Assembly (NCBI GenBank): GCA_947581865.1
Contig: CANPWA010000009.1
Coordinates: 24,706-88,705, forward strand
DNA from: an uncultured Acetatifactor sp.
Lineage (GTDB): Bacteria > Bacillota > Clostridia > Lachnospirales > Lachnospiraceae
Length of the DNA stretch: 64,000 nt
Direction of reading: 5' to 3'
Below the pieces are notes generated by a model that had not been told where the DNA came from, searched no databases, and saw only the letters and a program-made list of their open reading frames with translations. Below, piece by piece: positions 39,848 through 52,183 of the stretch (the stretch's first letter is position 1; the number at the start of each line of letters is the position of its first letter). Made by a program: the position numbers and the translations under genes.

Positions 39848-42358
39848 ATGAAAAAACCGGGAAAGTATTTTTTCTTATCATTTTTTCTGCCTGTGGGGGT
39901 GATGCTTGCAGCTTTTATGGCAAACGGGATATATCCCTTCGGCGGGAGAAGTTTTTTGAGCACGGATCTATACCATCAGTATATGCCTTTTATGAGCGGT
40001 ATGCTGCGCGCCATAAAGGCGGGTGAAGGGCTGGATTACACATGGTATGCGGGGGTGGGCTCCAATTTCCTTGCTCTCTATGTCTACTATCTGGCAAGCC
40101 CTTTCCACTGGCTGGGGCTTTTGGTGCCGGAGGCGTATATCATGGAGTTTATCTCCTATCTGGTGGTGGTAAAGATCGGTCTGTGCGGTCTTTTGGCGTT
40201 TGTCTGTCTGCGGCCCCGGGCGGGCAAAGAAGGGGAAGGGGTGGCTCTGTGCCTGTCCGTCGCCTATGCCCTGTCCGGATTTCTCGCCGCATACAACTGG
40301 AATATCATGTGGCTGGACTGTGTGATTCTTCTTCCGCTCATTGTCATGGGGCTGGAACGGCTGGTGAAGGAGCAAAAGCCCGGGCTTTATTGTGTTGCCC
40401 TGGCGCTGTCCATCTACACCAATTATTATATTTCCATTATGATCTGTATTTTTCTGGTGTTGTATTTTATCTTTCTCTATTGTACGGAGAGTCATCCCGC
40501 TCCCGCAGAAGGCGGGGGAAGGGGGGCGCGTGCGGCGGCGCATCTCAGACCGGTGTGGCAGTTCGGGCTGTATTCCCTTTTGGCGGGAGGGATGGCGGCA
40601 GCGCTTCTGATTCCCGAGGTCTGTGCGATTCTGGAGACGGATTTTGGCGACATCAGTTTCCCGGAAAAAGTGGAGAGTTATTTTTCTGTGCTGGATATGC
40701 TGGCAAGGCATTGTGTGGCGGTGTCCGTGGAGAAAGGGCTGGATCACTGGCCCAATATTTACTGCGGCGCAGGAGTGTTTCTGCTTGTACCCCTCTATGC
40801 GGTCAATGAGCGCATTCCCGCCAAAAAACGATTCGGTATGCTCGCCCTGGCAGGCTTGATGCTGCTGAGTTTCAGCACCAATGTGCTTAATTTTATCTGG
40901 CACGGGCTGAATTATCCGGACTCCCTGCCTGCGCGCCAGTCATTCATCTATATCTTTCTGGTACTCGTCATGTGCCGGGACGGGGCGGCTTGGATCGATC
41001 TGCGCGATCCCTCCCAGAAGGAGCGTGTGCTCAAAGTATATCTGGGTGCCGTGGCTGCACTTCTTTTTGTGGAAAAATTCGTGGAACATGAAGATTTTGC
41101 GACGGGAATAGAGTGGCTGACGCTTTTGTTTGTGACGTTCTATGCCGCGCTGATATACATGGCATATTCCCATCAGACAAAACGCTGGAAGCAGGTGGCA
41201 GGCATTCTTGCCGTCGCGGTGGTGGTGGCGGAGACCGATGTCAACACCTTCTGTACCAGCATCAGCAATGTGAACAGGTCTTCCTATCTGGAATATCAGG
41301 AGGAATACAAAGAGCTGTATCAATGGGTGAGGGAGCGGGATGAAGGCTTCTGCCGGGTGGAGAAATTTGCGAGAAAGACGAAGAATGACGGTATGCTGGC
41401 GGGGTATCCCACGGCGTCGCTCTTCTCCTCCACCTTAAATTCTGCCGTCATGGACCTGTATGAGCGGCTGGGCATGCGCCACAGCAAGGTGTTCTATGAT
41501 TATGACGGTGCCACGGGATTTACCTCAGCGCTCTTAAATGTCAACTATATGTTCGGGGAGTCGCGGGAATTCCAAAACAGTCTTTACAGTGAAGAGCGGA
41601 CGCTGGATGATATCACCCTCTACCGGGCAGAGTACACGCTCCCCTTCGGTTATGTGGCGCCGTCCGGGTATGACCTGCCGGAAGGCTTTGTGGACAGCGG
41701 TCTGCGACTGCAGAATCAGATGGTTCATGATCTGGGGATTGAGGAGCAGCTCTTTGTCCGATGTGATAAGGATGACTCCGGAGATGATGTGAAGTTTACG
41801 GCGCCCGGGGAAGGTGTCTACTATGCCATTATCACTGCCGGCGGCACCAAAAAAGTAAAGGTCAGCGGAGGCGCTTATGGGGAGAAGGAATGGAGTGATT
41901 TAAAGAACGGTTCCGTGATCTATTTGGGAACCTTTGATGAGGGCGCGCGCGGCATTATCACCAACAATGATAAGGACGACACCGAAAGAAATATCAGCGC
42001 GGAGATCTACCGGATGGACGAGGATGTGCTGGGCAGAGCGCTGGGCATCCTGTCGCGGAGTCATATGGAGCAGGTGGAATACACCAGTGACACTCTCCGG
42101 GGGAACGTGACGTTAAAGGAGCCTGGAAGACTCATCCTCTCGGTGCCCTATGAGAAGGGCTGGAGTGTTCTCATCAACGGGGAAGAGACGACGCCCGCGC
42201 TTTTCGGCGGCACCTTCATGGCATTTGACCTGCCGCCCGGGGAATATGAGCTGAGTATGCGTTATGTGCCTTACGGAAAATATGCGGGAATCGTTGTCAG
42301 TGTGGCCAGTATCCTGTGTTTTGCGGCGCTTCTGGCGCGGCGCCGCAGGAGGCGCTGA
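39848..42358 (+). CDS. yfhO: YfhO-family polytopic membrane protein (GT-C-like glycosyltransferase)
   Basis: The N-terminus FFLSFFLPVGVMLAAFMANGIYPFGGRSFLSTDLYHQYMPF is the hallmark YfhO start. Many TM helices, a large extracytoplasmic C-terminal domain and a final TM helix. Start moved from 39656 to ATG 39848. Confidence 0.8.
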   Translation: MKKPGKYFFLSFFLPVGVMLAAFMANGIYPFGGRSFLSTDLYHQYMPFMSGMLRAIKAGEGLDYTWYAGVGSNFLALYVYYLASPFHWLGLLVPEAYIMEFISYLVVVKIGLCGLLAFVCLRPRAGKEGEGVALCLSVAYALSGFLAAYNWNIMWLDCVILLPLIVMGLERLVKEQKPGLYCVALALSIYTNYYISIMICIFLVLYFIFLYCTESHPAPAEGGGRGARAAAHLRPVWQFGLYSLLAGGMAAALLIPEVCAILETDFGDISFPEKVESYFSVLDMLARHCVAVSVEKGLDHWPNIYCGAGVFLLVPLYAVNERIPAKKRFGMLALAGLMLLSFSTNVLNFIWHGLNYPDSLPARQSFIYIFLVLVMCRDGAAWIDLRDPSQKERVLKVYLGAVAALLFVEKFVEHEDFATGIEWLTLLFVTFYAALIYMAYSHQTKRWKQVAGILAVAVVVAETDVNTFCTSISNVNRSSYLEYQEEYKELYQWVRERDEGFCRVEKFARKTKNDGMLAGYPTASLFSSTLNSAVMDLYERLGMRHSKVFYDYDGATGFTSALLNVNYMFGESREFQNSLYSEERTLDDITLYRAEYTLPFGYVAPSGYDLPEGFVDSGLRLQNQMVHDLGIEEQLFVRCDKDDSGDDVKFTAPGEGVYYAIITAGGTKKVKVSGGAYGEKEWSDLKNGSVIYLGTFDEGARGIITNNDKDDTERNISAEIYRMDEDVLGRALGILSRSHMEQVEYTSDTLRGNVTLKEPGRLILSVPYEKGWSVLINGEETTPALFGGTFMAFDLPPGEYELSMRYVPYGKYAGIVVSVASILCFAALLARRRRRR

Positions 42359-42467
42359 ACTTCTGCCCGGAATGTAGATCACCACCGCAGATTGAGGGAA
42401 GTTTATTGTACTTCATATGTGATACCTTCTTATCAGAGAACAGGGAATCCGATAAGGAGGTATTTTT

Positions 42468-42854
42468 ATGAGAAAACGAAACGGGTTTTTTGGATTGCTC
42501 ATCATTGTTTTGAGCGCGGTGACGGTATTGTTCACGGCGGGAACCGTACAGGGGCAGGAAAATCCCCGGCACAAGGCCAGGGAGCGGTGGTACAGGGAGA
42601 GAGAATCGGCGCTCCTCGCCGATACCAGGGATTATCTGGACCGGGCAGGTTTTTGTCACAGCGGCGTCACGTTAAACCGGACGGTGGAAGCCGGAGGAGA
42701 CAGAAGCTATACTTTCACCATTCATCACTCCGGAATCGACGGCATGAGTGACGCGCAGAAGAAAGCCCTGGAAAGAGAGCTGGCCGGGCTGACGGAAGGG
42801 TTTGAGGCTGCCGGGGAGGCGCGATGTTCTTTTTCGTACAGATTTCTGACGTAG
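42468..42854 (+). CDS. small secreted or membrane-anchored hypothetical protein
   Basis: 128 aa with an N-terminal signal/anchor (FFGLLIIVLSAVTVLFTAGTVQG) and GGAGG 8 nt upstream. No recognisable domain. Confidence 0.5.
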   Translation: MRKRNGFFGLLIIVLSAVTVLFTAGTVQGQENPRHKARERWYRERESALLADTRDYLDRAGFCHSGVTLNRTVEAGGDRSYTFTIHHSGIDGMSDAQKKALERELAGLTEGFEAAGEARCSFSYRFLT

Positions 42855-42979
42855 TGACACAGAGAAACATTTTTAGCAGATATTTTAGAAAGATTTAAAT
42901 GACATTTTGACTAAATAGGGGTATACTCTTACTAGGAAAGTCTCTGTGGGAGACGAGAGTGCCGAAAGGAGTATGGAAG

Positions 42980-43531
42980 ATGTCATTTATTCCCAGACCT
43001 CATGAGATTTATAAACATTTTAAGGGGAACCTGTATCAGATAACGGCAGTGGCGCAGCACACGGAGACGGACGAAATGCTGGTGGTATATCAGGCGCTGT
43101 ACGGGGACTTTAAGACCTATGCCAGACCGCTGGAGATGTTCTTAAGCGAAGTGGACAGGGACAAATATCCTGATGTGAAGCAGAGATACCGCTTTGAACT
43201 GCAGAGTGAAAATGACGAGAGGCAGCGGGAGCGGGAGGCGGACGCTGTTAAAGCGGAGAAAAAGGAGGCTTCCGGCCCGGCGGAACAGGCAGGGCCGGAG
43301 GAAGGGGCAAACCTGGATCCTCAGATATTGGAGTTTCTGGACGCGGACTCCTATGAGAAAAAGCTGAACATTATGGCGGGTCTGCATCACCGCATCACAG
43401 ACGACATGATAACCACGATGGCGGTGGCATGTGACATCGAGGTGCCGGACGGGGAGACGGAGGAGAGGTATGCCTCCCTGAAATCCTGTCTGTTAACTTT
43501 GGAAAAGTTCGAGTGTAACCGTCTGCGCTGA
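42980..43531 (+). CDS. DUF1653 domain protein with C-terminal extension
   Basis: YKHFKGNLYQITAVAQHTETDEMLVVYQALYGD...YARPLEMF matches the DUF1653 pattern, followed by an acidic linker and a ~70-aa tail. AAGGAG RBS. Confidence 0.7.
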   Translation: MSFIPRPHEIYKHFKGNLYQITAVAQHTETDEMLVVYQALYGDFKTYARPLEMFLSEVDRDKYPDVKQRYRFELQSENDERQREREADAVKAEKKEASGPAEQAGPEEGANLDPQILEFLDADSYEKKLNIMAGLHHRITDDMITTMAVACDIEVPDGETEERYASLKSCLLTLEKFECNRLR

Positions 43532-43567
43532 ATCTCTGATACGATGCTTCCCGGAGAGGAGCGGCAT

Positions 43568-44513
43568 ATGAAAGAAACAGCGGCACAGGCAAAGCAGGAT
43601 AAAATGGTGGTGGGAATCTCGGCGAGAGCGCTCTTTGACCTGACCAAAGAGCATGAAATCTATGAGAGGCAGGGCGTGGAAGCCTATTGCAGTTACCAGA
43701 TCGCCCATGAGCAGGAGGCGCTGAAGCCGGGACCGGGATTTGCTCTGATCCGCTCTCTGCTGGCATTGAACGGGCACGCAAAGGAGCCGGTCGTGGAGGT
43801 GGTCATCCTGTCCCACAACAGCCCGGACACTTCCCTTCGGGTCTTCAACACCATCCGGCATTACGGGCTGTCGATCACCCGGGCGGCACTGGTGAGCGGC
43901 GCGTCGCTGGCGCCCTACCTGGAGGCGTTCCACACGGATCTGTACCTGTCCGCCTGTGAGGAGGATGTGCAGAGCGCCATTGACAGCGGCATTGCGGCGG
44001 GGATCATCTGCACCGGGAGGGGTGCCGGCATTGCGGCCGATATGCAGAAAGAGCCTGCCCGGATCCGGATTGCCTTTGACGGGGATGCGGTGCTTTTTAC
44101 GGACGAGTCGGAACAGATCTTCAAGGCGAGAGGGCTGCATGCCTTTGTGGAGAACGAGGAGAAAAACGCCAGAACGCCTTTGGCAGAGGGACCCTTTGCA
44201 CAGTTCTTAAAGAAGCTGTCGGATTTACAGAAAAGCTTTGAGGACCGGCAGGAAACCATCCCCATCCGCACGGCCCTTGTGACTGCCAGGAGCGCTCCGG
44301 CACATGAGAGGGTGATCCGCACGCTCCGCTCCTGGGGAGTGCGCGTGGACGAGGCGTTCTTTCTGGGGGGAATGGACAAGAAGGCGTTTCTGGAGGCGTT
44401 TGGGGCACAGATTTTCTTTGACGATCAGTCCGTACATACCCTGAGCGCGGCGGAGAGTGTCCCCGCGGCGCGCGTGCCCTACAGCAACACAAGGAGGAAA
44501 GCCCTTTTACCCG

Positions 44514-44542
<29 letters not shown>
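43568..44542 (+). CDS. 5'-nucleotidase family protein (cN-I-like, HAD-type)
   Basis: VVGISARALFDL...E..IY...G...Y and the C-terminal AFDGDAVLF...IRTALVTARSAPAHERVIRTLRSWGV...FFLGG pattern fit the bacterial cytosolic 5'-nucleotidase family as I recall it (PF06189). Confidence 0.65.
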
Positions 44543-46286
<1,744 letters not shown>

Positions 46287-46298
46287 GGAGGAACTGTC

Positions 46299-47327
46299 AT
46301 GAAACTGTTATCTGTTGTAATTCCCTGTTATAACTCGGAGCAATACATGAGAAAATGTATTCAATCCCTTCTGCCGGGAGGAGAAGATGTGGAGATTTTG
46401 ATCGTGGACGACGGCTCCGACAAAGACCGTACGGCAGAGATCGCGGAGGAATACGCATCCAATTATCCCACCATTGTCAGGGCGATCCACAAGGAGAACG
46501 GCGGACACGGTTCCGCGGTCAACACAGGGATCGCCAATGCCACCGGGCTGTATTTCAAAGTGGTGGACAGCGATGACTGGGTGAAGCAGGAAGCATATCT
46601 TCAGATCCTGGATAAACTCAGGGCTCTTGCGGGGGAAGGATCGGTCCTGGACATGCTCATCAGTAACTTTGTCTATGACAAAGAGGGCGAGAAACGCAAA
46701 AAGGTCATGCATTACAGGCATATTCTGCCCCGGGACGAGACATTTACCTGGGGGGACTGCCATCATTTCCTGAAAGGGCATTATATCCTCATGCACTCAG
46801 TGATCTTCCGGACAAAACTTCTGCGGGACTGCGGCATGGTGCTTCCCGAGCATACCTTTTATGTGGACAATCTCTATGTGTTTGAGCCTTTGCCCTATGT
46901 GAAAAACATGTATTATATGGATGTGAATTTCTACCGCTATTATATCGGACGGGAGGATCAGTCCGTGAATGAGAGCGTCATGATCAGCCGGATCGACCAG
47001 CAGATCAAAGTCAACCGCCTGATGATCGACTATCTCTGCGAGCACAAGCCGGAGATTGTAAAAAATAAACGCTTGTACCAGTACATGCGCAATTATCTTG
47101 AGATCATCATGACGGTTTCCTCCGTGCTTTTGATCCGTTCCGGGACGGAGGAACATCTGGAGATGAAAAAAGCCCTCTGGCAATATCTTAAAGATAAGGA
47201 CAAAGGGCTGTATCTCTATATGCGGCACGGCATCATGGGCGGCACCATGAACCTTCCCGGCAGAGGGGGACGCAAAATCTCCGTGGATGCCTATCGCATT
47301 TGTCAGAAAATCTTTAAATTTAACTGA
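46299..47327 (+). CDS. family-2 glycosyltransferase
   Basis: LSVVIPCYNSEQYMRKCIQSL...ILIVDDGSDKDRT...NGGHGSAVNTGI...KVVDSDDW shows the classical GT2 DxD/DD motifs. Confidence 0.85.
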   Translation: MKLLSVVIPCYNSEQYMRKCIQSLLPGGEDVEILIVDDGSDKDRTAEIAEEYASNYPTIVRAIHKENGGHGSAVNTGIANATGLYFKVVDSDDWVKQEAYLQILDKLRALAGEGSVLDMLISNFVYDKEGEKRKKVMHYRHILPRDETFTWGDCHHFLKGHYILMHSVIFRTKLLRDCGMVLPEHTFYVDNLYVFEPLPYVKNMYYMDVNFYRYYIGREDQSVNESVMISRIDQQIKVNRLMIDYLCEHKPEIVKNKRLYQYMRNYLEIIMTVSSVLLIRSGTEEHLEMKKALWQYLKDKDKGLYLYMRHGIMGGTMNLPGRGGRKISVDAYRICQKIFKFN

Positions 47328-47333
47328 CCGGCG

Positions 47334-47355
47334 TCCACTGACATCCGTCAGTGGA
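47334..47355. terminator. hairpin between convergent GT2 and PAP2 genes
   Basis: TCCACTGAC-ATCC-GTCAGTGGA, a 9-bp perfect stem. It includes the stop codon of the minus-strand gene and has no clear T-run. Confidence 0.4.
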
Positions 47356-48034
47356 TGACCTCCGGATTTACCTCGCGGCCGGTCTTAACGGTATGTATGG
47401 CAGTGACCACATCAAAACGGTAAACCACGGCATACATTACCGCCGCCATTGCAAAGGCGGTGAGAACATCGAACACGGAATGCTGTTTGATAAAGACCGT
47501 GGACAAAATGATGGAACATGCCATCAGGAGAGAGGCAAACGGTATTCCTTTTTTCCCCGCAAGTTTTTCATTGTGCATGACGGCAAAATGCGCGCCCAGG
47601 GAATTGTAGACATGGATGCTCGGCCAGAGATTCGTGGGCGTGTCGGTCTGCCAGAGCCCTGCCACCATATGGGTGAAGATATTATCCCTGGGCATTGTGG
47701 TGAGCCTCAGCTGGTGACCGTTTGGCCAAAGTGTGGACACGATCAGGAAAATGGTCATGCCCGTAAACAGGAAGACGCAGGTCCTGTAATAATCGGTTTT
47801 ATTGGTGAAAAGGAGGTATAACACCGTAATGGAGACATAGGCAAACCACATATAATAAGGGATGACGAACACCTCGCAGAAGGGTATCACATCGTCCACT
47901 GCCATGTGGATGATCTGATAGTGCCCGGTCACGGTCTTCTCCAGGTGCCAGAACCATACCCAGTAGATGATCCCGTAAATGATCAACGGCAGCCCATGCC
48001 GGTATTTTGCCAAAAAGGTCTTGCATTTCTCCAT
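47348..48034 (-). CDS. PAP2-superfamily integral membrane phosphatase/phosphotransferase
   Basis: Six hydrophobic segments, with PSIHV and QHSVFDV motifs resembling the PAP2 C2/C3 motifs (PSGH, SRxxxxxHxxxD). The internal ATG (first base 48034) is preceded by GGGAGG. Confidence 0.6.
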   Translation of the reverse strand: MEKCKTFLAKYRHGLPLIIYGIIYWVWFWHLEKTVTGHYQIIHMAVDDVIPFCEVFVIPYYMWFAYVSITVLYLLFTNKTDYYRTCVFLFTGMTIFLIVSTLWPNGHQLRLTTMPRDNIFTHMVAGLWQTDTPTNLWPSIHVYNSLGAHFAVMHNEKLAGKKGIPFASLLMACSIILSTVFIKQHSVFDVLTAFAMAAVMYAVVYRFDVVTAIHTVKTGREVNPEVIH

Positions 48035-48339
48035 CACTGTTTCCTCCCGATCCGGTATATTCACGCGGACATCTATGACTACCAACAGTATAGTCTCATT
48101 TGAAAAAATTTCAATGTGTTTTTTAAAATCTTTATCAATCTTAAGAAATTATAAAAAATTCCCGCCCCATGAACGAAAATTTAGACTTCCTATTTGCCGG
48201 AAATTGTATTATAATATGATCAAGGCGTATAACCCGCCTTGTCAAGACCATCCAAGACCTATCTGTTGCTGCAATCCCATATAGTTCTACAGACAAAAGA
48301 TAATAGCAGAAAGACAAAATATCCATTGGGAGGTTTTAT

Positions 48340-49794
48340 ATGAGAGAAAAATACGAATCACTTGCACTGTTGCAGCTGAGAGAACTGGCTAAGGTTCGCG
48401 GGCTGAAGGGGACTTCCACCATGAAAAAGTCCGAGCTCGTGGAGGCGATGCTGGCGGAGGATGAGCGGCAGAAAGCACTGAAGACGGAACAGGAGGCTGT
48501 AGCGGCGGCACCTGTGGAGGATGCGGCAGACCGGACGGCACCCAGGGAGGCGGAGGGAGCGGTATCCAGACAGGCGTCTGCAGTCGAGCCGCCCGCACAC
48601 AGACAGGCGTCTGCCCCGTCCCGGGGACAGGAGAATCCGGAGGAGGGCCAGATCCCCAGAGAGCTGGACAGCGGGCTGGAGGCGAGCGGTATCCTGGAAG
48701 TCATGCCGGACGGATACGGTTTCATCCGCTGTGAAAATTATCTGCCCGGGGAGAACGATGTCTATGTGGCTCCCAGCCAGATCCGGAGATTCGGGCTCAA
48801 GACGGGCGATATCCTGTGCGGCAATAAGCGTGTAAAGACGCAGCAGGAGAAATTCAGCGCCCTTCTCTTTGTGCGTTCCATCAACGGGTACACTCCCGAG
48901 GAATGTGCCAGACGTAAAAATTTTGAAGATATGACACCGATTTTCCCCAACGAGCGTATCAGACTTGAGACCAGCGGCTGCGGGATCGCCATGAGGGTGA
49001 TGGATCTGGTGAGCCCTGTGGGAAAGGGACAGCGCGGTATGATCGTGTCTCCGCCGAAGGCAGGAAAGACCACTCTTTTGAAGGAGGTGGCAAAGTCCAT
49101 ACTGCGCACCAATCCGCATATGCACATGCTGATCCTGTTGATCGACGAAAGACCGGAGGAGGTCACCGACATTAAGGAAGCGATCGTGGGAGAAAATGTG
49201 GAGGTGATCTATTCCACGTTTGACGAACTGCCGGAGCACCATAAACGTGTCTCGGAAATGGTGATCGAGCGGGCGAAACGTCTTGTGGAGCATAAGAAGG
49301 ATGTGGTTATCCTGCTGGATAGCATCACCCGGCTCACAAGAGCTTATAATCTGGTGGTCCCTCCCAGCGGGCGCACACTTTCCGGCGGTCTGGATCCCGC
49401 GGCGCTGCACATGCCCAAGCGTTTCTTCGGGGCAGCCCGCAATATCCGTGAGGGCGGCAGTCTGACCATTCTGGCGACCGCGCTGGTGGATACGGGAAGC
49501 AAGATGGACGATGTGGTGTACGAGGAGTTTAAGGGCACCGGCAACATGGAGATCGTTCTGGACAGGAAACTCTCCGAAAAGCGCATTTTCCCGGCTATCG
49601 ATCTGGCAAAGTCCAGCACACGGAGAGAAGATCTGCTGCTCGACGGGGACGAGCTGGAGGCGATCAATATCATGCGCAAGGCGCTCAACGGGTTAAAGCC
49701 CGACGAGGCCACGGACAAGATACTGGATATGTTCTCCCGCACCAGAAACAATGCGGAGTTTGTCAAAATAGTGAAGAAAAATAAATTTATATAG
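48340..49794 (+). CDS. rho: transcription termination factor Rho
   Basis: N-terminal LQLRELAKVRGLKG, an inserted low-complexity region, the CSD-like GILEVMPDGYGFIR, Walker A PPKAGKTTLL, and the TILATALVDTGS block. Confidence 0.95.
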   Translation: MREKYESLALLQLRELAKVRGLKGTSTMKKSELVEAMLAEDERQKALKTEQEAVAAAPVEDAADRTAPREAEGAVSRQASAVEPPAHRQASAPSRGQENPEEGQIPRELDSGLEASGILEVMPDGYGFIRCENYLPGENDVYVAPSQIRRFGLKTGDILCGNKRVKTQQEKFSALLFVRSINGYTPEECARRKNFEDMTPIFPNERIRLETSGCGIAMRVMDLVSPVGKGQRGMIVSPPKAGKTTLLKEVAKSILRTNPHMHMLILLIDERPEEVTDIKEAIVGENVEVIYSTFDELPEHHKRVSEMVIERAKRLVEHKKDVVILLDSITRLTRAYNLVVPPSGRTLSGGLDPAALHMPKRFFGAARNIREGGSLTILATALVDTGSKMDDVVYEEFKGTGNMEIVLDRKLSEKRIFPAIDLAKSSTRREDLLLDGDELEAINIMRKALNGLKPDEATDKILDMFSRTRNNAEFVKIVKKNKFI

Positions 49795-49849
49795 TGACGG
49801 CGTCTGTTCTTTGTTTTTCCTTTCATTTTTATTTTTTTCAAATAGGGTA

Positions 49850-49878
49850 TTGCAAGCACGTCCTCTCTGTGTTACAAT
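49850..49878 (+). promoter_or_regulatory. sigma-A-type promoter upstream of rpmE
   Basis: TTGCAA (49850-49855), a 17-nt spacer, then TACAAT (49873-49878). Confidence 0.5.
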
Positions 49879-49960
49879 AATACCGCTGTTTGTGGTTCCA
49901 TAGGCAGTGCGGATGAGAACAACGAACTATATCATGATATTTTTATAGAGAGGTGAAAAC

Positions 49961-50161
49961 ATGAAAGAAGGAATCCATCCCCAGTACTATCAGGCAACCG
50001 TTACCTGCAACTGCGGCAACACATTCGTGACCGGTTCTACCAAGCCGGAGATTCACGTTGAGGTTTGCTCCAAGTGCCATTCATTCTACACCGGTCAGCA
50101 GAAGACAGCGAGAGCTGACGGACGTATCGACAAGTTCAACAGGAAATACGGTGTTCAATAA
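49961..50161 (+). CDS. rpmE: 50S ribosomal protein L31
   Basis: Starts [10 protein letters not shown]. Has the CxC...CSKCH zinc-ribbon pattern and YTGQQK. Confidence 0.95.
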   Translation: MKEGIHPQYYQATVTCNCGNTFVTGSTKPEIHVEVCSKCHSFYTGQQKTARADGRIDKFNRKYGVQ

Positions 50162-50173
50162 GAATGCAGGAGA

Positions 50174-50206
50174 AAGGTTGAGGTATTGCTATCTCAACCT
50201 TTTTTA
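50174..50206 (+). terminator. intrinsic terminator after rpmE
   Basis: AAGGTTGAG / CTCAACCTT, a 9-bp stem, followed by a T-run. Confidence 0.75.
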
Positions 50207-50256
50207 TTCATTGCCGTAGAGAACCGATAACGTGTGTGGTGTCAACAGGAGTTGTT

Positions 50257-51210
50257 ATGGCTAAGAAAAAATGCAGCCGGTATTCCGGGATCGGCGGACA
50301 GGCCGTTCTGGAAGGCGTAATGATGAAAAATAAGGACAAATATGCCGTTGCAGTGCGAAAACCCGGGGGCGGGATCGCGGTGGAAATGGAGAGTTTCCAG
50401 GGGCTGGCGCCCGGCAGCAGGCTGAAGGAGATCCCTTTTGTACGGGGAGTGTTTCTTTTCCTGGATTCGATGATCCTGGGAACGAAAGCGCTCAATTACT
50501 CCGCCTCTTTTTATGAGGATGAAAATGAGGATTCCAGGGTGGAGCAGGCGGCGGAGCGGCTCAGCGGCGGCAACGGGGAAAAGCTGATGGCGGTACTCAC
50601 GACATTGTTTGCCGTCGTATTGGCTGTGGGTATTTTTATTGTGCTGCCCTATTTCCTATCTTCCGTTTTTGCGGGATATATCAGGAACGAGTCTCTCCTT
50701 GCCATTATAGAGGGCGGGATCCGTATCATGATCTTTCTGCTCTATGTGTGGGGGATCAGCATCATGAAGGACATCAGAAGGCTGTATCAATATCACGGCG
50801 CGGAACACAAATGTATCAACTGTGTGGAGAAAGGGCGTCCGCTCACGGTGCGTAATGTCATGCGGAGCTCCAGACAGCACAGACGCTGCGGCACAAGCTT
50901 TATTTTTTTCGTGCTGCTGGTGAGCATCGTGTTGTTTTTCTTTATTCGTGTGGACAATCTTTTTTTGAGGGTGGGGCTGCGCATTCTGCTCATGCCTGTG
51001 GTGGCGGGAATCTCCTATGAGCTGATCCGTCTGGCGGGCAGAAGCGATAATCTATTGGTGCGCATTTTGTCTGCTCCGGGCATGTTCATCCAGAAGCTGA
51101 CCACCAGAGAGCCGGATGAGGAGATGGTGCAGGTTGCCATCGCGGCGGTGGAGGCAGTGTTTGACTGGAAGGCGTATCTGCGGGAGAACTTTGGCTATGA
51201 GGAGGTTTGA
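50257..51210 (+). CDS. DUF1385 (YqhQ-like) membrane protein
   Basis: YSGIGGQAVLEGVMMKN, YHGAEHKCI and the TM segments match DUF1385. Commonly found next to prmC/prfA. Confidence 0.85.
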   Translation: MAKKKCSRYSGIGGQAVLEGVMMKNKDKYAVAVRKPGGGIAVEMESFQGLAPGSRLKEIPFVRGVFLFLDSMILGTKALNYSASFYEDENEDSRVEQAAERLSGGNGEKLMAVLTTLFAVVLAVGIFIVLPYFLSSVFAGYIRNESLLAIIEGGIRIMIFLLYVWGISIMKDIRRLYQYHGAEHKCINCVEKGRPLTVRNVMRSSRQHRRCGTSFIFFVLLVSIVLFFFIRVDNLFLRVGLRILLMPVVAGISYELIRLAGRSDNLLVRILSAPGMFIQKLTTREPDEEMVQVAIAAVEAVFDWKAYLRENFGYEEV

Positions 51211-51281
51211 TCCTCCCGGTGGAAAGTCTTTTTGATATTGATTACGGTGTCCGCGTTCAGGGCGGGCAGGAAGGTAGCATC

Positions 51282-52148
51282 ATGACCTACAGGGAGTACT
51301 ATGAGACGGGCAGAGCTGTTCTTGCCGAAGCAGGAATCGCGGAGGCGGATTTGGATGCCCGTCTTTTGCTGGAATTTGTCTGCCACACGGAGCGCAATAC
51401 GCTGTTGGCGCACGGGGAGCGGGAGGTGGATGCCCGGCAGGGAAAACATTATCGGACCTTGATCGCGGAGCGGGCAAAGCGGATCCCTTTGCAGCATCTG
51501 ACGGGTGTTCAGGAGTTTATGGGATTGGATTTCAAAGTCAATGAACATGTGCTGATTCCGAGACAGGATACGGAAATTCTGGTGGAGGAGGTTTTAAGAT
51601 ACCTCCACGACGGGATGAGTATTCTGGATATGTGTACCGGGAGCGGGTGCATTCTGCTCAGCCTGCTGCACTACAGTAACGGCTGCAGCGGTGTCGGGGT
51701 GGATATATCCGAGGAGGCGCTGGATGTGGCGGGACAAAATGCCGTGCGGATCCTGGGACCGGGCTTTGGGCTGCCGGATCATATCGTATTTCAGCAGGGT
51801 GATTTATTTGAACAGGTTGAAGGAAAATTTGAGATCATTGTATCCAACCCGCCTTATATAGAAAGCGCGGTCATCCATACCCTGATGCCGGAGGTAAGGC
51901 TCCATGAGCCTGTTGAGGCGCTGGACGGAGGAGAGGATGGGCTGGAGTTTTACCGCAGGATCATAAGCGGCAGCAGGAGGCATCTGACAGGCGGGGGTAT
52001 GTTGTTTTTGGAGATTGGTTACAATCAGGGTGAAGCAGTCAGCCTCCTGATGGAAAAGGGCGGCTTTTCGGATGTGACCGTGGTGAAGGACTACGGGGGA
52101 CAAAACAGGGTCGTGTACGGTACGATGGTTTCCGGGCAGGGATTGTGA
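51282..52148 (+). CDS. prmC: peptide chain release factor N5-glutamine methyltransferase
   Basis: SAM motif ILDMCTGSGCI and the catalytic NPPY (IVSNPPYI). Start taken at ATG 51282. Confidence 0.9.
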   Translation: MTYREYYETGRAVLAEAGIAEADLDARLLLEFVCHTERNTLLAHGEREVDARQGKHYRTLIAERAKRIPLQHLTGVQEFMGLDFKVNEHVLIPRQDTEILVEEVLRYLHDGMSILDMCTGSGCILLSLLHYSNGCSGVGVDISEEALDVAGQNAVRILGPGFGLPDHIVFQQGDLFEQVEGKFEIIVSNPPYIESAVIHTLMPEVRLHEPVEALDGGEDGLEFYRRIISGSRRHLTGGGMLFLEIGYNQGEAVSLLMEKGGFSDVTVVKDYGGQNRVVYGTMVSGQGL

Positions 52149-52183
52149 CGCGGATACCGATTGACAGATAGAGAGGGTTTATT